Of a stretch of 64,000 bases of DNA, positions 56,564 to 64,000 are shown piece by piece. The DNA is taken from contig CALVTJ010000001.1 of the NCBI GenBank assembly GCA_944362545.1, positions 64,500 to 128,499 of the forward strand. The letters run 5' to 3'. Within the stretch, counting starts at the first letter, position 1; each line of letters opens with the position of its first letter. Under the pieces are notes generated by a model. It did not search any database, was not told the DNA's origin, and saw nothing but the letters and a program-made list of their open reading frames with translations. The translations under genes and the position numbers were made by a program. The stretch is from an uncultured Clostridia bacterium (GTDB taxonomy: Bacteria; Bacillota; Clostridia; Christensenellales; UBA1242).

Positions 56564-57118
56564 ATGGATATAACTTACGTTACTGGAAACAGCTATAAAG
56601 TTGAATTGGCAAAAAGAATCCTTGAGCCACATGGGGTAAATGTATTGCAAAAGAAAATTTACTGCCCTGAAATACAAGATGATGATATAACAAACGTATC
56701 AAAATACTCTGCAAAATACGCCGCAAACGAGTTAAACATGCCTGTAATTAAGAATGATAGCGGACTTATTGTTGAGGCTTTAAAAGGTTTTCCAGGACCT
56801 TATACTTCATATATTGAAGACACAATAACAGAAGTTGGCTTGTTGAAATTGATGCAATCTGAAACAAATAGAAAAGCTTGCTTTATTGAAGTAATTTCTT
56901 ACTGCGAGCCCGGCAAAGAACCAGTATCTTTCGTTTCATATACCAACGGAACAATCGCCACAGAACTTAGGGGCAAATATGGTTGGAGTTTTGATAAACT
57001 CTTTATCCCAGAAGGCAAAACAAAAACTCTTGCAGAGTTTGAAGATGATGAAAGATGGAAGTTCTGGTCAGATGATGCATACCTTCAATTAGAAAAATAT
57101 TTAAAAAATCTTAAATAA
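56564..57118 (+). CDS. Non-canonical purine NTP pyrophosphatase (Ham1/RdgB family)
   Basis: MDITYVTGNSYKVELAKRIL, DSGLIVEALKGFPGPYTSY and FDKLFIPEG follow the Ham1 family pattern. The ATG at 56564 lies 6 nt after AGGAGGG. Confidence 0.75.
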   Translation: MDITYVTGNSYKVELAKRILEPHGVNVLQKKIYCPEIQDDDITNVSKYSAKYAANELNMPVIKNDSGLIVEALKGFPGPYTSYIEDTITEVGLLKLMQSETNRKACFIEVISYCEPGKEPVSFVSYTNGTIATELRGKYGWSFDKLFIPEGKTKTLAEFEDDERWKFWSDDAYLQLEKYLKNLK

Positions 57119-57122
57119 CCAA

Positions 57123-57572
57123 AACTTAATAATTGATGATGTTGGGGATTTAATAAACCCCGATATCATTTCTAATAGATTTAGAACACTATTAAGAAAA
57201 AATCATCTTAAACATATTCGTTTTCACGATTTAAGACATAGTTGTGCCAGTTTGTTAGTTGCAAGCAAAGTCCCTATGAAAAACATTCAAGAATGGCTAG
57301 GTCATTCCAATTTTAATACCACTGCCGATGTCTATTCACATTTAGATTATTCTTCTAAATACGAATCTGCAAACGCCATTAACCAAGCATTAACACAAAC
57401 TAAAAAAGAAAAACAAGTTGATGATAAAAACAAACAAAAAACAAGACAAGAACTAGAAGATGAAATTTTACATCTTCAACAACTTATTAAAGAGCAAGAA
57501 GAACAAGAACGCATAGAAAAAGAACGAGAAGAAAAGCGTAAACAGAAAAAGCGACAACAAGCAGAAATGTAA
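57123..57572 (+). pseudogene. Tyrosine recombinase (phage integrase family), C-terminal fragment only
   Basis: The frame reads ...IIDDVGDLINPDIISNRFRTLLRKNHLKHIRFHDLRHSCASLLVASKVPMKNIQEWLGHSNFNTTADVYSHLDY..., which includes HxLRH, GH and the catalytic Tyr. The N-terminal ~230 aa (core-binding domain and first catalytic Arg) are missing. The frame has no plausible start/RBS and abuts the Ham1 stop. It ends with a ~55-aa Lys/Glu-rich tail. Confidence 0.8.
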
Positions 57573-57731
57573 AAATCTTGCAAAAAAACACTTTATAATA
57601 AGATATAATATTACACGATAATAAACGGCATTTTGCAAAAATTTGGAACAAATTCGTGACAAATTCGTAGACATTGGCAATTTGTAAATGTTTTTAATAA
57701 AAAAATAAACAATTTTAGTTGAAAAAATTTG

Positions 57732-57777
57732 AACCCACAAGTTGAGATTTAAGTCTTGATTTGTGGGTTATTTTTTT
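57732..57777 (+). terminator. Rho-independent terminator
   Basis: The stem AACCCACAA / TTGTGGGTT (57732-57740 / 57761-57769) is followed by ATTTTTTT. Confidence 0.55.
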
Positions 57778-57874
57778 GTCGTAAATAAGAACCTGCGTTG
57801 CAGAACCTTGCGTAAACTAAAAAAAATCTAGCGAAACCTAAAATCGCCAGATATCCCTAAAATAAAGGAATTTA

Positions 57875-57949
57875 TGGTGCACCCAGAAGGACTCGAACCC
57901 TCCATAATGGTTCCGAAGACCATTGTGATATCCACTTCACTATGGGTGC
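57875..57949 (-). tRNA. tRNA-Arg (anticodon UCG), CCA encoded
   Basis: The reverse complement is GCACCCATAGTGAAGTGGATATCACAATGGTCTTCGGAACCATTATGGAGGGTTCGAGTCCTTCTGGGTGCACCA. It has a 7-bp acceptor stem, a D arm, the anticodon stem ATGGT/ACCAT with loop CUUCGGA, and the T-loop TTCGAGT. Confidence 0.9.
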
Positions 57950-58078
57950 AATGACTTGACAATTTCACCTATCTTTTTTATTTTATCACTAAAATTGACA
58001 GTTGTCAAATTTAAATTTTTATATTGTTCTTTCAAGTCTGCTGACCAATCGTGTATACAATTTTTCTATTGGCTATAT

Positions 58079-58474
58079 TCAAATTTTTTTCTGCAAATAT
58101 ATCATATCAACAAGTTGAACTCCACATTCATAAATTGGATGATCATAGTTATCGATAAAAAAATTTTTTATGATGTGAGAGCGAACAAATCCACATTTTT
58201 CATAAAAAGGAATAGTCAACAAGCTGTTTCCTGTGCCTACCTGCAAAATTGAATAATTCTTTTTATATTTCAAAGCAAGAAAATCAATCATGGCTTTTCC
58301 ATATCCTCTGCCCTGATATTCTGGTTTTGTGGCAATATTTTTGATTTCAAGGACACCATTTCCTTCATCAGTCACCACACATTCACATTTAACACCATTA
58401 TCATCCAACACAAACATTGTCACTATATCAATATATCTATCTATCATACTCTCTTTTTCGTCTGCTAACAACAA
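58079..58474 (-). CDS. GNAT-family N-acetyltransferase (short; N-terminus possibly truncated)
   Basis: LEIKNIATKPEYQGRGYGKAMIDFL is acetyl-CoA binding motif A. Only about 55 aa precede motif A, and the ORF begins at a TTG. Confidence 0.75.
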   Translation of the reverse strand: MLLADEKESMIDRYIDIVTMFVLDDNGVKCECVVTDEGNGVLEIKNIATKPEYQGRGYGKAMIDFLALKYKKNYSILQVGTGNSLLTIPFYEKCGFVRSHIIKNFFIDNYDHPIYECGVQLVDMIYLQKKI

Positions 58475-58738
58475 TAAAGATAAAAATGTTTTTTATTCTT
58501 TTTAATTTCTTTAATTTTCATATATATTCTCTCAAATTTATATATAATTTATCACAATATATAACAGTGTGTAAAGTTTTTATTGATGTTTTCTTTCTTG
58601 TGAAATTCAATAAATATATCACCTATAAAACTTGTCAAAATAAAATAATAAATTTTGATTTTCTTTCTACTTAAATCAAAGCAATAAAAAAAAGAGATTC
58701 GGCATTTCTCTTTTTTTTGTTTGTTTTTCACAAACCCG

Positions 58739-59434
58739 CTAACCATATCTATCAATCGGACACAATTTGAAAGCACTGCATAGTTTTGGTATGGTTTCAT
58801 GATTATCACTAGTTTCGACCGGTTTGGAAAAGGACTGAAAGTCATTGACCCCTTTAATTTCTCCAAACTGTCTTGAAATTTTTGTAAGTGTTGCATAATT
58901 GCTTTCGGAATTTGTTGGTTTTCTTGATTTTGAAAAATCAAGAACAATCACAACAATCAAACAGATTGTTTCCAATCCATCTTCAACAGCATTGGCGTAT
59001 GCCATAACCATGATATCATACACAACCAAAAGTGCGTTTGCCAAAAGATACATAAATCTGATTTTTTTAACTTCCTCTTTGTAAAGTGCTATCGTGTACC
59101 ATGCATAAGTGACAATTGGTATCAAGTCCCAAGCGTTGGAAAAGTCCAAAGCGCCCGCACCCACAAAGGAAAGCACAAACAAAAGCGCTATGCTCTTTGG
59201 CATCTTCTTTCCTTTCTTTTCAAAGGCATAGAAGACCAAAAACTGAACACAAGACAAGAGTGTTATCAAACCCGCGCCCAAAGAATCGACAAATATGAAT
59301 GTCAAGCCATAAACAACATCTCCCAAAAAACCGATAAGCAAAAATTTCTTTTTATCTTTAACTAGATAGGAAATGCACAAAATTGCTGCCGAAGTTAAGC
59401 CCAAAAGTTGAGCAATAATAAAACTGACAGACAT
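58739..59434 (-). CDS. YgjV-like inner membrane protein
   Basis: IIAQLLGLTSAAILCISYLVKDKKKFLLIGFLGDVVYGLTFIF resembles the Imp-YgjV family pattern. The protein is polytopic and has a ~60-aa soluble C-terminal extension. Confidence 0.5.
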   Translation of the reverse strand: MSVSFIIAQLLGLTSAAILCISYLVKDKKKFLLIGFLGDVVYGLTFIFVDSLGAGLITLLSCVQFLVFYAFEKKGKKMPKSIALLFVLSFVGAGALDFSNAWDLIPIVTYAWYTIALYKEEVKKIRFMYLLANALLVVYDIMVMAYANAVEDGLETICLIVVIVLDFSKSRKPTNSESNYATLTKISRQFGEIKGVNDFQSFSKPVETSDNHETIPKLCSAFKLCPIDRYG

Positions 59435-59460
59435 AAAAAATATTTATCAAATCCCTTTTT

Positions 59461-59720
59461 CCGTCAAAAGTTTGTCGCCTTGCCACCATAGACTGAAGTT
59501 TTGTGACATTTGCCTGCATGCCTTTGCCTTTTATTGCCACCCTTCTCACATTTAAGCAAGAACTTTTGCCAGAGATTTCTTGCGGTATTCCACAAGATGT
59601 TCAAGACCTGCGCCGTTATGCCGACCAACCGGACAGACACTTCATCTTTTCGGAACTAGAAACCGAACCCGAATAAAATGCAACACTTATGCCCGTTGGT
59701 GCCTAAGTTAACAGTCCAAA
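59461..59720. other. GC-enriched (~46% by hand count) non-annotated patch: structured RNA or gene remnant
   Basis: Hand counts per 60-nt line give 28, 24, 33 and 25 G+C, against about 20% GC in neighbouring intergenic DNA. The patch contains mutually exclusive hairpins and a 52-codon ORF (59518-59676, +) that has no RBS. Confidence 0.5.
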
Positions 59721-59910
59721 GCATAACAGTATCTATGCTTGAAACTTGGTTATTATATCACAACTCAAATATTTTTGCAAATGACATAAATTTTATTATT
59801 TTTTATATTAAATAATATGATACAACATAAAATTTGCATTTTTCTTGCTTTTTTGTTTGTTTATGGTTAAAATAGATTATGAAAAACATGATTTTTGAGA
59901 AGGAGCAATT

Positions 59911-61911
59911 ATGTCAAAAAAATTAAAAACCTTTCTTATATCTGTGCTTGTGCTTGCTGTCATTGGTTATATCGCTGGTGTGTGCTTGCACTACTTTACA
60001 CAAAATCCGGACAGTTTCACCGACTCATTAGGCACGGACTATGCCTTTGTTGGTGCTGGCGTTGGTGCCGTGGCTGGACTTTTGTATACCTTTGCTTCAA
60101 AACCTAAAAAACAGGAAGACAAGAAAGAATCCAAAGGAAAAACCGCAAGTGGCGTAGAAATGGATTTGAGTTATGATGCAAAATGGCTCAAGGCGGAAGA
60201 CATTTCAAAAAAGTTTGGACTTATCTCAACAAACTGGCAGTCCCTTCCATCCCTTAAAAAAACTGGCATTGTGTTTAGAAACAGCATTGAAGGACACAGT
60301 TATCAAATTGCCATGAAGGATGAATATCACTGCTTGGTTATCGGAACAACCGCATCCGGAAAAACCTCTTTGATTTTGATTCCTTCTATAAGAATTTATG
60401 CTCACTCTGGCGAAAAACCGTGCATGGTCATCTCCGACCCGAAAGGTGAACTTTATCAAAAAACCGGAAAGATCGTGGAAGATGAAGGCTATCGCGTTAT
60501 CACACTAGACTTGCGTGACCCATTTTCATCCACTCGCTGGAACCCTATGGAACACGCCTATGACCTTTATCACCAAGCGTTAAATTGCAAAAGCAATATT
60601 AAAAAATGCACCAACGGCACAAGACCCAAAAATGCAGGATATCAAGAAATCCCTGGTGAAAACTACGGCAAAGAATGGTTTGGTTTTGAAGGAGTGGCAT
60701 ATCCAAATGAAGAATCTTTGCGACAAGCAGTGAGAAGTGCCGAGCAGATTTATCGCGATATGGCACAAACCGAACTTCGTGAAATCTGCAACACAATTGC
60801 TCCAAAATCAAAAGCACAGGACCCAACTTGGGAAGAAGGCGCACAAGACTTTTTGTATGGATGTGCACTTGCTATGCTTGAGGACAGCGAAAATCCAGAA
60901 CTTGGCATGACCAAAGAAAAATTCAATTTTTACAATCTTTACAAAATTGCGACTTTCCGTGACCCTGATGCAGATGCTCCATTTGAAACCTTGAAAAAAT
61001 ATCTTTTGCAAGGTAGAGATGCCGAAAAATCAAATGTTCCAAACATGACATCAAATGTGGTCAACAATGCACCAAACACCACAAAGGGTTATCTTGGAGT
61101 TTTGAATGGCAAAATCTCCTTCATGAACGACATGGGTATTGCTTATTTGACTTCGCAAAGCGACATCAATTTTGATGACTTCACAAGCAAGCCAACTGCC
61201 TTCTATCTTATAATCCCAGATGACAGAGAAGAGCGTCACAACCTTGCAATTTTGTGTATATCACAACTCTACAAGAGACTTGTTGACAAGGCAAACTCCT
61301 ATCCAGACAAAAGACTGCCACACCATGTTTACTTCATTTTGGAAGAGTTTGGAAACTTGCCACCAATTCCAAAATTTGACAGCATGATCACTGTCTCGCG
61401 TGGAAGAAACATCTTGTATGAAATGGCAGTTCAATCTTACACCCAACTTGAAACCAAATATGGCAAAGATGCTTCCAGCACAATTCTTGGAAACTGCAAC
61501 GCCAAAATCTTTATCGGAACGGATGACCAGCCAACTCGCGACAGTTTTTCAAAAGACTGCGGAGAAGTACAACTTATGCACGAAGAAAAGAGCACAAGCA
61601 CATCCAAAACCGACAAGGACAAAGATGGAAAGAGCACAAGCACATCGGTGCAAACTCAAAGAACAACCCGCCCACTTATCACATCTTACGAACTTGGGCA
61701 ACTTCCGTTTGGAACGGTTATTGTCAAGTTATTTAGATATGACCCGATGAAATTGACTCCAACAAGATATGACAAAGTGCCGTTCTTCTATCCAAAAGAA
61801 GCCGAAAAACCGGTTGGCATCATGAGAAGTTTGGACACACAAAAAGTTTATTATGATATCAAAATGAGAAACAAGAAAATTTTGAAAAACACAAATCCTT
61901 TTGATTTTTAA
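59911..61911 (+). CDS. Type IV secretion/conjugation coupling protein (VirD4/TraG/TraD family)
   Basis: Two N-terminal TM helices are followed by Walker A GTTASGKTS and a Walker B-like VYFILEEFGNLP. The length of 666 aa and overall pattern are typical of Firmicutes T4CPs. Confidence 0.8.
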   Translation: MSKKLKTFLISVLVLAVIGYIAGVCLHYFTQNPDSFTDSLGTDYAFVGAGVGAVAGLLYTFASKPKKQEDKKESKGKTASGVEMDLSYDAKWLKAEDISKKFGLISTNWQSLPSLKKTGIVFRNSIEGHSYQIAMKDEYHCLVIGTTASGKTSLILIPSIRIYAHSGEKPCMVISDPKGELYQKTGKIVEDEGYRVITLDLRDPFSSTRWNPMEHAYDLYHQALNCKSNIKKCTNGTRPKNAGYQEIPGENYGKEWFGFEGVAYPNEESLRQAVRSAEQIYRDMAQTELREICNTIAPKSKAQDPTWEEGAQDFLYGCALAMLEDSENPELGMTKEKFNFYNLYKIATFRDPDADAPFETLKKYLLQGRDAEKSNVPNMTSNVVNNAPNTTKGYLGVLNGKISFMNDMGIAYLTSQSDINFDDFTSKPTAFYLIIPDDREERHNLAILCISQLYKRLVDKANSYPDKRLPHHVYFILEEFGNLPPIPKFDSMITVSRGRNILYEMAVQSYTQLETKYGKDASSTILGNCNAKIFIGTDDQPTRDSFSKDCGEVQLMHEEKSTSTSKTDKDKDGKSTSTSVQTQRTTRPLITSYELGQLPFGTVIVKLFRYDPMKLTPTRYDKVPFFYPKEAEKPVGIMRSLDTQKVYYDIKMRNKKILKNTNPFDF

Positions 61912-61933
61912 TAATCTTAAACAAATTCAAAAA

Positions 61934-61967
61934 AAGATATATGCCAAACACATATATCTTTTTTTTG
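61934..61967 (+). terminator. Terminator after the T4CP gene
   Basis: The perfect 10-bp stem AAGATATATG / CATATATCTT (61934-61943 / 61951-61960) is followed by TTTTTT. Confidence 0.75.
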
Positions 61968-61999
61968 TCACAATTTTTTGTGGTTGCATAAAAAATGGT

Positions 62000-62464
62000 A
62001 TGGAAAAGTTTTATGATGACAGCCTTATGCCAGACAACTTTGAAGAGATTGCCAAGGCATATTCAAAATCGCTGAAAAACAAGGGTTTTGTGTTTGTTAG
62101 ACTTGAAGAGGAAGAATTTAATCTTCTTTTAAACGAAGTTTTTGTTTTGATTGAAAAAATGCTTGCCTCTCTTGAAAAGTTAAGACAACATCTTGACGCG
62201 CGTGTTTTGCAGGAAAGACTCTGTGAAGCGGAAACATTGTTATGTGAAAAATTTGGAAACAAAAAACCACACAAATTTTCTTGTGTGGAAGATGAAAACA
62301 ATGCTTTTTTGAGTTTGGTGTCCATTGAAAACTTGCTTATCATCAAACTCATGCTTTTGTCTGTCAAGAGTGGGGAAATTGAACTTTGTCACAACATCAT
62401 CACAAACATTGCCGGCATTTTTGCCGAAAGTTTTTCCTGTGAAGGTTTTATTCTAAAACCCTAA
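62000..62464 (+). CDS. Hypothetical protein (154 aa)
   Basis: The start is moved to MEKFYDD (ATG at 62000) because the first 33 codons of the track ORF run through the upstream terminator. The RBS is weak and I recognise no family. Confidence 0.4.
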   Translation: MEKFYDDSLMPDNFEEIAKAYSKSLKNKGFVFVRLEEEEFNLLLNEVFVLIEKMLASLEKLRQHLDARVLQERLCEAETLLCEKFGNKKPHKFSCVEDENNAFLSLVSIENLLIIKLMLLSVKSGEIELCHNIITNIAGIFAESFSCEGFILKP

Positions 62465-63012
62465 CTCATCAAAAAGTCAACCACTTTCTGTTGGCTTTTT
62501 TGCATGGCATCCAAAAATGGTCTGTTCTTTTCTGGAGAATATCTCGATGGCTTGTCATTTTGCACTTTGATAAGTTTTTTGGGGTCAAGTTTAAGTTCAT
62601 CTGCCATGCCTTCGCAAATCAAATTGCTGATGACATAGAGTGCGTTGTCTTTTGTGATGTTTCTGTGTCGAAGTGCCGTGGCAATTATTTCTTCATTCCC
62701 AACAATTTGGTCAAGCACTGGATTGATAAAAAACTCAAGTTTGTCGATTGCAAACTCGTTTCCATTTGCTCCTGCCAAAATCTCCCAGGACATATAAAGT
62801 TCATAGTTTGGCTGAAGATGACCTGGCACCCCGCGGTTATAAAAATAGGCAACCAAATCCTGTGCCACAGGATTGTTTGTCATGGCACGCGTGCAGACTT
62901 CAGTGAAGTCATCATCAAATGTTCCGTTGTCAATGCTGTTTAAAAGATCTTTGCGGATGTCAACAAACATCTTGTATGCAACATCTCTGTTGACAAAATT
63001 TTGATAATCCAA
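62461..63012 (-). CDS. Hypothetical protein, possibly Sel1/TPR-like repeats
   Basis: The 183-aa ORF contains AQDLVAYFYNRGVPGHLQPNYELYMSWEILAGANGNEFAIDKLEFF, which loosely resembles a Sel1 repeat. The assignment is weak. Confidence 0.4.
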   Translation of the reverse strand: MDYQNFVNRDVAYKMFVDIRKDLLNSIDNGTFDDDFTEVCTRAMTNNPVAQDLVAYFYNRGVPGHLQPNYELYMSWEILAGANGNEFAIDKLEFFINPVLDQIVGNEEIIATALRHRNITKDNALYVISNLICEGMADELKLDPKKLIKVQNDKPSRYSPEKNRPFLDAMQKSQQKVVDFLMS

Positions 63013-63079
63013 ATGTGTTCTCCTTAATTTCTACAAGAAAATTATAAACAAAATCACAAGAAAAGACAAACAAAAATGA

Positions 63080-63868
63080 CTATTGTGGCAAATTTTGTCT
63101 TTCAATTTTTTGATTTTTTGCCAAAATATAAATGTCAGCAAGCACAAACTCCATCATTGGTATGGCAAGAACAAACAAACTTGCAAACCCGGCTGTCAGG
63201 ACAAGCACCAAATAAATCACACTTGAAACATTCAAAAATGTGTCAAAAATCAGAATAATCAAAAAAACAAGAGACATCATCACGCACACCAATGCCAAGG
63301 ACAACAACGCCCAAAAGAAAATTTCCAACCTGTGTCCTTTGGCAAGTTCTTTGCTGAGCATCAATGTTCCTTTGACATCAAGAGAGTCACTCTCAAACAA
63401 AATAAATGGCGTGAAAGAATAATTCAGCAAGTAGATTATTCCTGGGACTATCAACAGAACCGACCAAAACAACACCAAAAACATTTTTATCACCGCGGTG
63501 CAGAAAATTTTGAGATATTTTTTCAGGGGTACGAAAATGTTTTCATATTTTGTTTGTCTTCCATATTCTTTTTGCAAAACATAACCAAACACGCCCACTT
63601 CAAAATATATGACAAACAAAACAGGTAGTCCAAAACTCAAAAATGGCACAAGAGCCGAAAGAAAGATGGCAAACAAGGCAATAAGATTGACAAAAATGGT
63701 GTCACTGACTTGTCTTGGTTTGTTTAAAGTGACACTTGCCACTGTTGTTGAATTTTTGATTGCTTCTTTTTGCACATTTTGAGCATCCGCCTTTTCAATT
63801 TTCTTGCCTTTTTGCGCACTGCTCTTTGTTTTTGTGCTTTGCAGATTTATTTTTTTGTTCTTTTCCAT
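63080..63868 (-). CDS. DUF975-like polytopic membrane protein
   Basis: ...LFWSVLLIVPGIIYLLNYSFTPFILFESDSLDVKGTLMLSKELAKGHRLEIFFWALLSLAL... matches the DUF975 pattern as I remember it. The start is set at the ATG at 63868, since the track start is a TTG. No clear RBS is present. Confidence 0.5.
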   Translation of the reverse strand: MEKNKKINLQSTKTKSSAQKGKKIEKADAQNVQKEAIKNSTTVASVTLNKPRQVSDTIFVNLIALFAIFLSALVPFLSFGLPVLFVIYFEVGVFGYVLQKEYGRQTKYENIFVPLKKYLKIFCTAVIKMFLVLFWSVLLIVPGIIYLLNYSFTPFILFESDSLDVKGTLMLSKELAKGHRLEIFFWALLSLALVCVMMSLVFLIILIFDTFLNVSSVIYLVLVLTAGFASLFVLAIPMMEFVLADIYILAKNQKIERQNLPQ

Positions 63869-64000
63869 GCAAAAATTATTGCACAAAAAAAGCGTTTTAT
63901 TCAAAAAACGCTCTTTCTTTTCCTGTCACAAAATCGGTGAAAACAGTCGGAAAATTGCTTGTGCAAATTTTGTCAAAAACAATTTCTTTTTAAAATACAA

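Larger units (their letters stand above)
56176..57949. mobile_element. Decayed tRNA-Arg-integrated element (about 1.7 kb remnant) bounded by att repeats
   Basis: An intact tRNA-Arg sits at one end and a duplicated tRNA 3' segment at the other. A truncated tyrosine integrase lies next to the tRNA. The remaining cargo is one Ham1-like gene. Confidence 0.6.

Noticed and set aside
59358-59549. 63-aa minus-strand ORF spanning the YgjV-like gene start and the GC-rich patch
   Set aside because: It overlaps the start of the YgjV-like gene out of frame, has no RBS, and has an implausible composition.
59441-59760. Assignment of the GC-rich patch to a known RNA class (T-box, cobalamin, FMN, glycine, M-box, SRP RNA, RNase P, tmRNA)
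   Set aside because: The partial resemblances seen (CCGUUA on the plus strand, GGUGGCAA boxes on the minus strand) do not sit in a consistent architecture for any class I can recall. I kept it as an unclassified finding instead.
61901-61999. N-terminal 33 codons of the 61901-62464 track ORF
   Set aside because: This part overlaps the T4CP stop and runs straight through the strong terminator hairpin at 61934-61967. I moved the start to the ATG at 62000.
1-64000. CRISPR arrays, rRNA genes, IS elements with terminal inverted repeats
   Set aside because: I saw no regularly spaced direct repeats, no rRNA-like conserved blocks and no transposase ORFs in either strand's ORF set. The only mobile-DNA signals are the tRNA-Arg remnant and the orphan T4CP.

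Overview
This 64 kb chromosomal segment comes from a low-GC, Firmicutes-like anaerobe that uses the standard genetic code; by eye, coding DNA is roughly mid-30s %GC and intergenic DNA about 20%. Strong GGAGG-type ribosome-binding sites (RBS) and hairpin/T-tract terminators are common, and about 80% of genes lie on the minus strand. Recognisable housekeeping genes are trpS, gltX, dnaB, typA/bipA, an RluA-family pseudouridine synthase, yabP-yabQ (sporulation), cvpA, pflA/pflB, a MarR plus heterodimeric ABC exporter operon, an SDR oxidoreductase, mscL, a merR-DUF362 pair, metK behind a SAM-I riboswitch, an MGMT-family protein, tRNA-Ala(UGC) and tRNA-Arg(UCG). These are interleaved with many lipoproteins and three very large GLUG-repeat surface proteins: a partial one at the left edge, a 3733-aa giant, and a 1271-aa transmembrane protein. 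The most unusual feature is a tightly packed 7-gene minus-strand operon at 36511-44360. It combines a YdjI-like SPFH/zinc-ribbon protein, a single-TM protein, a TPR protein, two ~200-aa proteins that read like Snf7/CHMP (ESCRT-III) subunits, a MIT-domain AAA ATPase closely resembling Vps4/CdvC, and the 1271-aa zinc-ribbon/TPR/3-TM/GLUG protein. I read this as a candidate bacterial ESCRT-III/Vps4-type membrane-remodelling system. Other notable items:
- a C9/G9 homopolymer sitting exactly in the 17-nt spacer of a lipoprotein promoter (candidate phase switch);
- a strongly expressed 67-aa Cys-rich tandem-repeat peptide;
- a decayed integrative element at tRNA-Arg, with a 46-nt att repeat and a truncated integrase;
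- an orphan VirD4/TraG-like coupling protein preceded by a ~46% GC intergenic patch;
- an orphan promoter-terminator unit upstream of typA.
All calls come from reading the sequence and the ORF track by eye. No database search or folding program was run.
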